Assembly: GCA_013239625.1 (NCBI GenBank)
Contig: MU053629.1
Coordinates: 1,763,567 to 1,827,566 of the forward strand
Length of the DNA: 64,000 bases
Direction: 5' to 3'
From: Lama guanicoe
Taxonomy: Eukaryota
Shown: piece by piece, positions 26,690-39,690 of the stretch
How the letters are laid out: every line of letters begins with the position of its first letter
Numbering within the stretch: the stretch's first letter is position 1
Position numbers and translations under genes: made by a program
Notes under the pieces: generated by a model
Databases searched by the model: none
Seen by the model: the letters and a program-made list of their open reading frames with translations, nothing else
What the model was told of the DNA's origin: nothing

Positions 26690-27720
26690 TTGAAATAAAT
26701 GACAGGAATAGATAATAACATATTGAACAATTCTAAAAGAATCCATGTGTTCTAATCTGATATTTAAAAATAAAAATTAAAGCAAAGAGAGGCAAAGAAA
26801 GGAAAGCAATTTTTTTAAAGAAAAATGCCAACTCATAAATGTAGAAGAAGTGATGGAATTAGAAAAGTCGCACTTTACCACCACATAGTAATGAGTGATT
26901 CAGGCAAGATTCATTCCTGGATATTAAAACCATTGACTGAAAGATGGTTGGAAAACAGGATGCTCACAGGGTCTTTAAGGATCACCCCTGATTACTACTC
27001 ACTAATGACAAGAGGAAAGAGTACCTTTAAAGCAATGGAGGAATCTGGCAGATAGCATCTAAATAAAATGTCCACATTTAGCATCAGTAATAATGGGACA
27101 AACTGACATCACATGCCTGCTGATACATTGCACTGAGAGACAGAACATCATCTCTGCAGCACTCCTGCCAAAAATGCAGAAACTGAACGTAATCATGAGG
27201 AAACAATCAGACAGATCCACACTAGAAGACATTCTGCAAAACACCTGGCGTGGACTCTTTTAAAAACATCAGTGTCATGAAAGAAAAATCGAACTATTCT
27301 ATATTAAAGAAGACTGAAGAGACAGCAACTCAGGGCAATGTGTGATGAGTGATTGGATCCTGGATTTTTAAAAAGTTGAAAGGGACGTTATTGGACAATT
27401 GTGGAAATTTGAATATGGAAGTTTTATTATGTAATAGTATCAGTGCTACGTTTTCTGAGTGGGAGGATTATATTGTGGTCACGGAGGAGAGTGAATGTCC
27501 TTCCTCTCGGGGCATGCATGTTGAGATGTTTTGGGCAGAAATGGCATCTGCAACTGTTCCTCAAATGGTTCAGCAAAAAGGAGAATATGTATATATATGG
27601 AGGGTGAAAGAAAGCTAAATATGGCAAGCTGTTAACAGGTGATAAATCTAGGTGAATTCTTCTTGCAACTCCTTTGTAAGTTTAAAATCTTTCAAAATCA
27701 AAAATTGGGAGAAGTGATGC
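26690..27720 (+). mobile_element. L1MC/MD-like 3'UTR fragment
   Basis: AATCATGAGGAAACAATCAGACAGATCCACACTAGAAGACATTCTGCAAAACACCTGG and related motifs; the same family appears at ~4520-5270. Confidence 0.72.
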
Positions 27721-28868
27721 ATGACATTTCTTATTGTAAATTAGCAGGAAAACTAAAAATAGAAATTGTTCAAAGCGGTTGTCATTGGGGACTAACACTG
27801 GGGCAGGCGGAAAGGGAGCCTTCTAGTTTTCGTTTTATGTATTTTGAACTTTTTGTGCTTCTGCTATGTTTCTATATTACTTCTATGATCAAAGAAAACT
27901 AGTTAATTAATAAAACATGTACAATTGAAGTTGCTCTGAGAATAGCAAGCTTGTATACATGGATGCCTCTTCATTCCAGAAAAGAATTAATAAGAATTAA
28001 TATGTTCCTGGTCCATTAATGTGCATTAAGTCTTTAGACCTACTAATGAGTGCAAGGTTCTTAGAGCTCAGTCAGGCTCCCTCAGCCTCATCTCTCAACA
28101 AGAGCACTTATTAAAGGGCATTGCATTCTTCCATCAAAGGAAAAAAAATACTGCTAAGAGCACTAAACATCACTAATGTGGAGACACATGACGATGCAAA
28201 TATCCTTCAGAAATAGATGCAAATGACAAAATGAGTAGAATCATACCTCGATTTTTATGTCCTTTTTTTTTTTACTAAGAAGTTCTTTGTCAATCTACCT
28301 AGCTCCTATTTGGGCCTACAAAATAATTAAGGAACCTAGAAAGGTTCACGTTTTATTCTATCTTTTCATTCATTTTGATCAGTGCAGAGAAATGACTTGC
28401 CCAAATCACATTGCTGATTATTGGCCAATGCTTAATTGGAAAGCAAGCCTCTTTCCATATAACCTAACCCTGTAGTCTTGGTCCTGATTCCCCCAAGCTG
28501 TGTGAGTGTGGACAGGTCACTCAACATCTCCTGGCCTTCGCTTTCTCACTTATAAAATCAAGTAGTGGGATTAGATTGACACGTAATCAGCCCCCATGGT
28601 CCCTGATGGTAGCCACGTATTTCACTGGGAGAAATGAAGGTCCAGCAAGGCTCTGCAACTTGGTAAGTTTCACCCTACAAGGCAACCTTGAACTTGGCAC
28701 AAGTACTCATTTAATATTGACTCATCTGAACAGACCTCACCTTAATTTAACCAAGGAACACAATGTGACAGTTTCAGGAATCCAGCAACCAGGAAACTCA
28801 GCTGATGTGACTCAGTTTAACTCATTTGACTTAATCAGAACAACCACCTATGAGCCATAACATTCCTA

Positions 28869-28889
28869 AGAAAGAAAGAAAAGAACGGA

Positions 28890-28933
<44 letters not shown>

Positions 28934-29008
28934 AAAAGAAAGAAAGAAAAAAGAAAGAAAGAAGAAAGGAAGGAAAGAAAGAGAGAAAGAAAGGAAGGAA
29001 AGAAAGAG

Positions 29009-29070
<62 letters not shown>

Positions 29071-29174
29071 GGAAAGAGAGAAAGGAGGGAGGGAGGGAGG
29101 GAGGAAAGGAAGGAAGGAAGGAAGGAAGGAAGGAAGGAAGGAAGGAAGGAAGGAAGGAAGGAAGGAAGGAAAGA
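28869..29174 (+). repeat. Compound (GAAA)n/(GGGA)n/(GGAA)n microsatellite, ~305 bp
   Basis: Direct read: essentially pure purine strand with a single C near 28886. Confidence 0.98.
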
Positions 29175-30234
29175 ACAACTCAACTAATAAGCTTTGCTAA
29201 AGGATAATAATCAATTTTAATTCTGCAGGAATTGACGATTTAGCAACTGTGAACCAAACTCAGGATTAATCACTCCTGTGGTTGTGAATGATGTGAATGA
29301 AACCCTGGAAGCCCCCCAAAACCAGGATCCCCTGTGTCTTCTAGTAGGTGAAAATTTAAAACCAGAAGGTACCTTAGAGATTATCTAACACCTTCATTTA
29401 CTAGAAGGAGAAAGGAAGCCAAAAGAGGGTAGTGACTTTTACCCAAGTTCACAGTTGTCTGGGGCGGAGGCAGGGTTAAAGTTCAGGCCTCCTGACCTTG
29501 GGTCCAGTGGACATCCCTCTTGGTAAATACCAAAGACCGAAGCCCTTGGTAAAGCTGAATCTCCTCATTATGACCTAGCTGAGCCTGAAATAATTCAACA
29601 AGAAAACACGATACCCTGAGCTGTGGGGCATAAAGGAAGCATCTAAGAAGATAGGAAATAGAAAACACATTCATGGTAACCAAGGATATGAACAGTGTAC
29701 TGCAGGACTAGCTCCCAGGAGTTTGGATAAAATCAAAGGAAACTTCTCCAAATACATTTTATTTTATTTATCTCCCAGCTTCAAACATTTATTTAAAAAT
29801 GGATTTACAAAGGACACGATACCATAATTTTTTTTTGCATGTGTGTGTTTTAAATAACTCTTGTTAAGAGTTGGCTTAGTATTAAAAAGAAACATCTTCA
29901 TTGCAAATAAACTTTTTTAAGGCTTTTTTAAGGCAGAGATAACTACTCTTAAATTTTTAATGTATTTCCCTCTATCCATATTTATATGTAAAAACACGCT
30001 TTTGTTTTTAATTGGGATCACTTAGCATATATTTGTTTTGTATTTTGCTTTTCTCTCTTAATCTTGAGACTTCTCCTGTGTAATTAAAGAGTCTTGAAAA
30101 CATTACGATTCCATTAAATGCGTGTAATATAAGTTATTTCACACTTCACATACTGTTAACATTAAGTTGTACATTTTTCATTATGAGAAATACCACCAAG
30201 ATCATAAGATTCATAAAGTAGGATTTTAAAAAAT

Positions 30235-32060
30235 GGTCATAGATGAGAGGGACTATTCATCAAGTTGTGTCAAGACAATAATTATCCCTTGGATAAAACT
30301 GAGTTGGCTCTAGTCCTCACTGGACACCAGCAGAGATTCCCAATGGCTCAGAGATTGAAATGTTAAGACATTAAATCGTAAAACTATTAAAGGGAAACAT
30401 AAGAGAAGTGTGTTAGAGCCTTGGAGAGGTGAAGACTTTTCCAAGTATAACAAAAGAATTCAGGACACATAAAATTAAGGTTTGATAAATGCAATCACAT
30501 AAAAATAAGAACAAATTTCATGGCAATAAAAAAAAAGAGGAAAGCCGAAAACAAATGACAAACTGGGGGAAAAAAATTTGCAACACACTCACAAAGGGCT
30601 ATTTTCTCTCTGATACATAGAGATCTACACATCATTAAGAAAAAGACTAGAAAGAAAAATGGACAAATGATATGAACAAATAGTTCACAGAAAAGGAAAT
30701 ACAAATGTCTCTAACTCATATAAAAATGATGCTCACACAACATTGTAAACTGTACTTCAATAAAAATGTATTAAAGGAAAAAAATGTTCAACCTCACTCA
30801 TAACAAGAGAAATACTAACTAAAACTCCAGTGAGGTAAAATTTTCACATATCAGTTTAACAAAAACCTGAAAGTTTGATAAGGCTGCGGTGAAATGGGCA
30901 CTTTGACACATTGATGGTACGAGCATAAATTAGGACAATCTATAGACGGCAGGTGGGCAGTATCTAACTAATTATAAACACACAGGACCTTTACCCAACA
31001 ACCCCATTTTAAGGAACTTACCCTAGAGATCCACTTGTACATAAGAGGTAAAGATAAGGTTACCCATTGCAGCATTGTTTGTAATAAAAATAATGGAAAA
31101 AAACCTAAATGCCCATGAATAGGAGGCTTATTAAATAAAACATGATATATACAATGGAACACTGTGACACTACAAAATAATGAAAAAGCTCCTTGTAGAT
31201 TATTATGGAAATATCTCAAAATACATTAAGTGAAAAAATAATAAAGTAAGGCATAGAACAGTGGAATCTGGCATGATATATGATAAAATTTGTGCAAAAA
31301 GTGTATGTGTGTATATATATTATGTATATATGCATACATACATATTTGTATTGGATTTTACAGGCATAAAAACTCTCTGGAGCAATAAGTAAGAAACTGT
31401 TACCCCTGAAACTTACTGGGGAAGGGTGAGAACTGGGTGGATAGGGTTGAGAAAGAATATTTTTACTATACATCTTTTTATACTTTTTGATGTTTGAACC
31501 ACTTGAACATATTATTCATTCAAAAACTGAATTAAATAATCGTTAAATACGTCCATGCAACCAAAAAACTGGGAAGCATACTTGCAGTATGTATGACAGA
31601 AACTGCTAATATTCATACTGTATAAGTAGATTTTTTCTAATGAATATCTTAGAAAAATAAACAAAGGATATAAACAGATTTTTTTAAAAAATACCAGTAG
31701 AAATATTTTTCAGTGTTTAATCTCAGCAAACAAATGCAAATACAAAATAGACAGCATTTTATTTTTATTTTTATTTTTATTTTTTAAACACTTTTTTATT
31801 GAGTTATAGTCATTTTACAATGTTGTGTCAAGTATAGACAGCATTTTAAAATCCTCCACCTTGAGCAAAGGTTTTTTAAAATAATAATATCCAGTATTAA
31901 TTAGTGCAGAACAGGGACACAAGCCCCTATTCTTGGTGGGATATCAATGGGTACAATTTCTTCAAAAGGCAGTTCAGTAATCAATAAGTGTCAAAAGCCT
32001 CAAAATCACTCATCTTTGGCAAAGTAATTCCACATCCAAGAAAGACTTCTGTAATAATCA
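30235..32060 (+). mobile_element. Degenerate old L1M fragments (ORF2/3'UTR) with younger nested inserts
   Basis: A-rich sequence with L1 motifs such as AATGGACAAATGATATGAACAAATAGTTCACAGAAAAGGAAATACAAATG and AACCTAAATGCCCATGAATAGG. Confidence 0.8.
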
Positions 32061-33282
32061 CCTCTGGTCAGAACAAAGGCGCAGACTACAATGCACCCAG
32101 TGTGGTGCAGCTGGGTCAGAGAGGTGGCGAGTGTGCTTCGTGAAGTCTTGACCAACTGGAGACCTGGAAGCCCATGCTCTGCTGCCATCTAGTGCTTTCC
32201 AGGCAACTGCACCCAGCCGGAGAGGAAAGCTGTCACCTCCATCAAGTAACACCAAGGGGCTCTCTCTTCTATTTTTATTTAACAAACATAATGAAGCATT
32301 TACCATGTGCCAAGCATTGTGCTCAACACAAGTATTCCCTCACAATCCTTATAAAAGTCCTATGAAATGGGTACTTTTATCGGCCTCAGAGAGGTTAGGT
32401 AACTTTCCCAAGGTCACAGAGCTACTAAACGGCTAAGTTCAGGATTAGAACAAGGTGGCATGCTAGCACCAGGGCCTGTGCTCTGAACCATCTCCTTTGA
32501 GGGTCAAAGGTCTGTGTGATACTAACAGTACTCAGAGAGAATCTCACAGCCACACAGCAACGCCACCCTCCCCCTGCCCCTGGCCCTAGCAGGGACTGAG
32601 CTCACCTCAGCCCTATAGGACGTCTATCATGAGTCAAAGACAACCACAGACCCAGGCGAGATCCAGCAGGTTTCTTTTTTTTTTTAATTTTTCTGTAAAA
32701 CAGTTCATATATTTAAAAAGATATAAAAGGTAATATAACAGATACTCAGCACCCAACTGCTGCTTGAAAAATTGACGGTTTCCAGTGGTGCTGCATTAGT
32801 GATAAGGTTCATCGCTCACAGCTCACTGGCTTGTTTTCTGTCGCTGTATTAACACATGAGAGACATCAACAGGGCCATAAATGTGATGCCACTGTTAGAG
32901 CAATCCTTTCCCTTCCTAATAGATCGTCCTCCCTCAATTACAGTTCACTGTATCTCACTGGAGACATCTGCAGTTTGGGTCACGCAGCAGTTGCTTCACA
33001 GTGGAGCCAAGAAAGCTTCTGATTATTTGTTCTGGTCTAAGTAGATAGTGGCTCCCAACCAAGGCTATGAACCTGGAACTCTGGGGAGTCCTTGAAGGAA
33101 GGGGGAGCCCAAGGGCTCAGCTAGCATAATTTAGAGACCAGAGTTACTGACTCCTTAGCAGATCCATGAAAGATCTGGAGGTACTTGCCAAGGTTTACAT
33201 GAGTGCCTTTTCCCATATCTTTTATACGATTTTTAAAGAGGTCTGAAACCTTCCAAAAAATTTAAGAATCATCCCTACAGAT

Positions 33283-33580
33283 GAAGAGTTGGCAAATAAT
33301 CCACAGGCCAGATCCAGCCCGATGCTTGCTTTTGTACAACCTACCTGCTCAGGATGGTTTTCATATATTTTAAATGGCTGGAAAAAAATCAAAAGAATAA
33401 TATTTCATGACATATGAAAATTATAAGAAATTTAAATTTGGGTCAATAAATAAGATTTTATTGGAACACAGCTATACGCATTCATTTACGTAGTGTCATG
33501 GCTGCTTTTGTGGTACAACAGAGAGGCAATGCCTAAAAATTCACCATCTGGCCCTTTTCTGAAAAAATTTACTGACCCTG
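33283..33580. mobile_element. hAT-Charlie MITE (MER58-like)
   Basis: GTTGGCAAA...GGCCAGATCCAGCCC...TTTTATTGGAACACAGC...ATCTGGCCCTTT...GACCCTG. Confidence 0.8.
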
Positions 33581-35011
33581 CCAGAGATGGGAGTAGAAAA
33601 CACATCTTGTGAATTTATGTACCTCTGTTTTTCACTGGTATGTAGGTGCTGTCATGGTTGATAAAGTACAGATTCATTTCAATACTAACACAGTGGACAT
33701 TAGTCATTGGACTACATTAGTCCTCTTGATGTGTTTGGGGAATTCCTACCATATGAGTCTTGTTGGGAGAGAGTCAGCCTCCTCAGACAGAAGGCCAGAT
33801 ACTCCTTTCTCCCACCTCCCTGCAGCCAGGGCATGGACATGGGACTTGGAATCAGCCCATTAGAGACTTCATCTAAGATTCTGAAGCTGGAGTGGGTCAC
33901 ACAAAGCTGGCAGTAGCAAAGAGAGCAGTTACAACTTCCAAGAGCAGCAGGGCCAGAAGGATGGGAGTGCCTGAAGCAGTGGCCCATTTCTGGTTGGACT
34001 TTCGGTGGTCTTCCTCACCAGACAGTCCTTAACGAATGGTTTTGGTTGTCCTGGTTCTGGCCAGGACAAGCTCAGACACTAGATGAGACAGCCTGCGTCA
34101 CTCACTTCCCACAGGAGAGAGAGGCTGAAGGCAGAGCTTCGGTAAGTATGAACTACAGAGTGACAGACAGCGGCTGATCCAGTTTTGTATCTTCAGCATC
34201 TAAGGCAGAGCATAGTACTTAAAATGTGCTCACTGTTGGTGAGAGCACCAGTAAGTACATGAGCTGCTGAGAGCATACACTAGGGATCTCTGACTTCAGT
34301 TGACCGCAGCTACAGGAAATTGTCAATGAGAGCTTCCCACATCAGGGTCTGGTGAGAAGTGTATAGAAAGACAGCTTTATTCTTTAAGCCCTCAATAAAG
34401 CTTCCTGGGTTTCCCAGACCGTCAAGGCTCCAGTGATGAGAAATGGCCAGAACTTGGGAATCAGTGTGTATTTGACCCTGGTCTGTGAGCCCTAGAGCCC
34501 CCCTGTTGATGCTCGTCATATCTTTAAGAAGCAGACGGCTGGTCAAAAAGCATGTATGTGTGCATCTGTGTGCACTGAGAGGGAGAATATGGAGCAAGGT
34601 GTACACCAAGCAGTCTTAGCTCTTGCCCTGGCCCTGGATCACTGACTTGCATGAAGCAAGAAACTAAGTGTTGGTCCTAAGGACCGTCTCTGGTGGATTT
34701 GTAATTTAGAAATTATTACAACGATGAGTAAAAATCATCAATATTTTATTACTTCTGGATCTATTTACATATGCTGGGTGACAGATTTTTAAAGATCTGG
34801 AAAGAGAGGAGCCAATGAGAAGTTTCAAAGCAAAAGATCAGGAATCGACAGTGACATTTCCACAAAGCTGTGAGCCAATGGCACAAAGTCAGTGGTTTCC
34901 CTGGCAGAAGAATTTTTAATAATCTCAAGAGAGGAAGACCATGGGTTGAAACTGTGCTGAGACATTCCCACAGTGCAGAGCCTTAGCGAAAGCCAAGATG
35001 GTTTTAGCAAG

Positions 35012-35043
35012 ACTTGATCTTAGCCAAAAGGCCAAGAAGCAAT
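35012..35043 (-). pseudogene. U2 snRNA 5' fragment (nt 1-32) retropseudogene
   Basis: Minus strand ATTGCTTCTTGGCCTTTTGGCTAAGATCAAGT versus U2 ATCGCTTCTCGGCCTTTTGGCTAAGATCAAGT; the two differences are CpG>TpG. Flanking direct repeat TTAGCAAGACTT at 35004-35015 and 35043-35054. Confidence 0.92.
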
Positions 35044-35821
35044 TAGCAAGACTTCTATAACCAGTACACTGTGTAAGAACTGGGTTTATTTTTGTCCCCC
35101 ACTATCCCTTGGAACTTTGTTGAGAAGGCATGATCGTCCTCTGCCCATGGGTGAAGATCTGGGCAGACACAAGATTTTTGTCAGATTAAGTCTTCCTGTC
35201 ACTTTTATTTATTTTTAAAACATTTAAAAATTTTTATCGTGTTTTTTATTTTTAAATTATTTTACTTTTTGCTTAGTTCCTGTCACTTTTAATTATACAG
35301 TCTCATTGCACTGAATTATCTAGTCAAATGTGACCCCAGAGCATGGTCCATGAGAAACATTCGTGTATACCTTTCCACCAGGGCTCTGTCATCAAAGTAC
35401 TTAGCCTTGCATTTCCCTCACCCTCCAGACTTTCTGGGCGGGAGTCAGCCCCCAGCCCTCAGCCCATTTCTGCTTGATTTCTCAGGCCTGAGTCAGGCAC
35501 CACTTTTCTGGGTCTCCCAACTGCAGAGGACACATTTCCAAACTCTCTTGAGCTGTCCCCTTGAAATTCCTCTCAGTGATAGTGGTAGAAGGTGTCACTT
35601 CCTCACCCTTCTGCCAAAATGGGGGTTGGAACTCAGCATAGTAACAGCTTTATCCAAAGAAATCTCTTCATCAATCTTATTACCAAATCCTCTCTGTTCT
35701 CTCAAAACTTATATTCTTGAAGTGAATAAAGGGGTTCAAGAGCCGTGGAACAAGTTCTCATAGTTTCCTCTTAGAACCCTCAATTAAATTTGAAACAGTA
35801 GAGTTCCACTCTAATAACTTG

Positions 35822-36316
35822 TGTATTAGTTACTTACTACTGCATAACAAAATACCGTAAAACTTAGTGGTGTAAACAAGAAACATTTATTATCATTCAC
35901 AGCTTCTCTGGGTCAGGAATTCAGGAGTTTGGCTCGGGGTCTGTGTGGTTCCAGTCAAGACATCAGCCTGACTGAGGCTGGAGGATGGCTTCCAACATGG
36001 TCCACTTATATGGTTTGCAATTGGTGCTCATTGGCGGTGGAAAGCCTCCATTCCTCTCCATGTGGAAGTCTCCATGGGGCTGCGTGAGTGTTCTCATGAC
36101 ATAGCAGCCGGATTCTCACAGAATGAGCTACTCAAGAGGTCAAGGTGAAAGCAGCAGTATCTTTTATGATCTAGCCTCAGAAGCTACACACTGTCACTTC
36201 TAATTCTTTATTAGTCATGGCAACAAGCTCTGGTTCCATATGGATGCAACTATTCAAGGGCATGAATACCAGGAAATCAAGGACCGTGGGGGCTGTCTTG
36301 GAGGCTTCCTACCACA
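35822..36316 (-). mobile_element. MaLR solo LTR (MLT1-like)
   Basis: TGTATTAGTTAC...TGCATAACAAAATACCGTAAAACTTAGTGG...GGGTCAGGAATTCAGG through ...CTACCACA. Confidence 0.82.
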
Positions 36317-36680
36317 ACCTACTACACTTCAAATGACCCTTATCCCTAAAACAAACTTGAACAAAGTCCAAGTAAAGAAGGAGACCAGAAATTTAGATTG
36401 GTTTAATCAAAATTTCTTTGGTGACTTCTTGATCTTCAAAATTACATATGTCATCTGGCCTCTCCACATTTGTTCCTTATCTATAAATGGGTCCAGGACT
36501 TTTCTTGAAGGAAGGCAGGGCCTAGACCTGATCTTAAGGGTTCTTTTTAGTTCTCCTGTCTCTGTTTCTACATAATAATCAGAAAATAAAGCTTTGGAAA
36601 TATCTTTTAGTATTGACATTTACACTGAAATTTACAATTCAATAAAAACATTTCAAGGTGTGTATAAGAATCATCTCTGT

Positions 36681-36690
36681 TTTATTTATT
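36681..36690 (-). terminator. CIAO2A: Probable CIAO2A polyadenylation signal (overlapping AATAAATAAA)
   Basis: Plus strand tttatttatt gives two overlapping AATAAA on the minus strand, ~320 nt after the stop codon. Confidence 0.7.
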
Positions 36691-37009
36691 TTACAGAGTA
36701 ATGATTGAAAGTGAACACATTTGGGCACGGTAAATACTTGACATGAATATTAGTTGTATCAGGATGGGCATCAGAAAAATAGCAACTCATCTTACATATA
36801 ATAACTAGAAAATATTTTTCTGTCTGATCATTTAAGCGTTACAAATCCTGAGAATGTTATACACTGAACAAACTAGGTACTACCTTGTAATTAAATCTTG
36901 CTTGGAAATCATCCTTTAAAAAAAAATGCCTTGAGGTACAAATCACCTTTACAAAGAGTTTAACCAAATATATCAAATGATTACAGTTCAGTGGCTCTTG
37001 AAACAGTGA

Positions 37010-37107
37010 TTAGTCAGGTTCAAGGACACACTGTTCCACAATTTCCCGTAAATTGGGGTTCTCCATTGCAGCTGCCACTCGCTCTTTGTCATTTATCTGC
37101 TTGTTGA
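37010..37107 (-). CDS. CIAO2A: CIAO2A exon 5 CDS (terminal)
   Basis: (I)[34 protein letters not shown]; 98 nt; ttttgcag acceptor. Total spliced CDS is 483 nt = 160 aa with no frameshift. Confidence 0.97.
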
Positions 37108-37813
37108 CTGCAAAACACACAGGCAAAAGTTAGCAGAACTGTGTCAATATACAGCAACGGACAGTATTTTTTATCAGCCTGTTAAAACAGAATTTAACTC
37201 CTTGAGAACTTAAAGCTGGTTTTGACTAATTATTCATAAGTTTTGAAAGGGAGACTTGAAGAGAAAAAAAAACCCCAATGATTCCACTTTTGCTTTTCCT
37301 GAACCCCACCTCTGCTATTTCTAAATGGCCGTTGCCTTATTTCTCCCTGTTGGCCAGAGATCCTTTATACAAAAAGGGTCCTCTTCCCCCATTTTAGTAC
37401 ATTAACCCAGAAAGACAACACCTCTGCCAAGATTCCCTAAAGCTTTACTCGCTAGATCTTTGATTTCAATTTCAAGTACACAGCTCTCTATCCTGCCACC
37501 AAAGAAAAGAATCAAGGTCTCTTTAGAGCTTATAAGTCGAGGCTCCTGGAGCTGGATATTCTTTACAGATGTGTAGCCACTGGCCTAAGCCAGTGAGTAT
37601 CCACAGGACCTAACTCTAGTTCACCCAGAGCCCCACTGAAAAAATTTCATCCTTGATATGCCCAGGTTTCCCCACCTCAAGGAAGAACTAATAACTGATT
37701 TTGTAACTTTTTTGCAAATGACTCAGTAGATACTCGGCTGGCAGAATGACCTGGCATCCAAGATACAGTACTATCTGAAGCTGTTTTCTAATAATGGTTC
37801 AAAATTCACTTAC

Positions 37814-37859
37814 TGTCTTCCTCGGTTGAGTGAGTTCCTTCGGAAATGTAGATTTCCAA
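37814..37859 (-). CDS. CIAO2A: CIAO2A exon 4
   Basis: LEIYISEGTHSTEED+A; 46 nt; ctttttcctag acceptor and GTAAGT donor. Confidence 0.95.
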
Positions 37860-38944
37860 CTAGGAAAAAGTAAATTGAAAGCAAAACATTCAGAGCATTC
37901 TAAGATGATGGGTGAGTAGGAATGAACAATGGACTCAAGAGTCTAAGGACGAAAGCCGAAGTCCTGTATCCAACATCAAAGACTTTGAGGATAAATCTTT
38001 ACATTCCTCTCTAAAACAAGGGATGAAACTAGTAGGCTTTTTCATTTTGGTCATCTGGGGAAGGCCTGCAGGGGGGATTCCCATTACTTTTTTATGAATA
38101 CGAACATACAATTTTACACGTGTGAGATCTCATACATGTTTCCTTCATGGATATCTCTCCTCTGTACCTCCTCCTCCCACATCAGTATCTAAACTTCCTC
38201 CCTGCCCCACCCCACAAGAAAGCCACATTAATAACCCAGGGTAGTTTCTTCTTTATTTTCCTCTGTACCCACATAATCTAACAGATTTCACACCCACACA
38301 CACACACACACATACAACCCCCAACATTAGAAGTTTCTTTTTATTGCTTCCTTTACAAAAATGGGATCACAATATACAGTCTTAGTATCCTCCTTTTCTC
38401 ATCTATTATTATCTTGATAAATTTATTCTCTAGTACAATATTGGTTAAGCTATCCCTCCTGGCCCTGCTGCATTGACTCCCTCAAATTAGTGAACCTCCA
38501 AGAATAAGAGCTTCTGAGATAAACCCACAAAATTGTTGCAAATCTTGTGGAAAATAAGTCACGCTATAGGTCGACTCTTCAGAGAACACTGGAACATATG
38601 CTCTAATTCTCATACACTTCTTTACTACTGAGATAAATGTTCTTCATCAGGGAAAAAAAAAATCACAGCCTATTATGGCTAAAAGAGCCCTTAAGGATCA
38701 CCCAGTCCTCTCTTCTTTAAAAGACAAAACACCATATGAACTCACCTTGTGGTGCAATACTACCTCTTATTCTAAGCAACAAAGTAACAGGTGTAAAGTC
38801 ACTCTATACTCATTTAAAATTATGTATGACTCGTTATTCTGAAAAATGGTCAATAAAGGAGAAAAGTCAAGTATTTACTCTGCTGTTCCTATGCGTACTG
38901 TACCTCAGGGACACCAAACAGTTGGTTTGGTGCGTGGAAGACTC

Positions 38945-39690
38945 AAAACCAATGACATGTCACCTCACACACCCTGGGGATGGTTATAATGAAAAAGACA
39001 GAGAATCATAGTAAGAGTTGGCAAAGACGTGGAGAAATCAGAACCCTCACACACTGCTGGTGGGAGAGTAAGAAGGTGAAGTGGTTGTGGAAAACAGATT
39101 GGCAGTTCCTTAAAAGATTAAATACAGCGTTACCATAGGATCCAGCAAATCCGCTCAAAGGTAGAAAAGAAATGAAAACATATACCCACAGAAACACTTG
39201 CACACAAATGTTTTACAGCAGCATTATTCATAAAAGACAAAAAGTGGAAACAACCCAAATGTCCATCAACTAATAAAACAGATAAATAAAATGTGATGTA
39301 GCCACACAACAGACTAGTATAAGGCAATAAAAAGAATGAAATACTGATACAAGTATGGATGGGTTCTGAAAATATTATTCTAAGTGAAAGAAGTCAGTCT
39401 TAAGAGATCACAAGTTATATGATTCCATTTAAACAAAACACCCAGAATAGGAGAATCTAGAGACAAAAGTACATTAGTGGTTGCCTAGGGATTGGAGAGG
39501 GTTGGGGAGAAATGGGGGAGTGACTGCTTATTGGTATGGGGTTTTTTACTGGGATGATGAAAATGTTTCAAAACTGATAGTAGTGATGGCTGTACAATAA
39601 TGTGAATATACTAAATACCATTAAATTCTACACTTTAAATAGATGGTTGTATGACACGTGAATCAAATCTCAATAAAGCTGTTTTAAAAC
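38945..39690 (+). mobile_element. L1M (L1MB-like) ORF2 end and 3'UTR, antisense to CIAO2A
   Basis: Typical L1 motifs GTGGAGAAATCAGAACCCTCACACACTGCTGGTGGGA and TGGAAACAACCCAAATGTCCATCAAC; ends CTCAATAAAGCTGTTTTAAAA. Confidence 0.9.

Noticed and set aside
28831..29200. K/E/R-rich and F/L/S-rich ORFs of 105-116 aa
   Set aside because: These are translations of the (GAAA)n/(GGAA)n microsatellite.
36850..37045. CAGTGT loops in the CIAO2A mRNA (36861-36866 and in exon 5) as possible iron-responsive elements
   Set aside because: Attractive given the gene's role in iron regulation, but neither has the 5-bp upper stem with the bulged C that an IRE requires.
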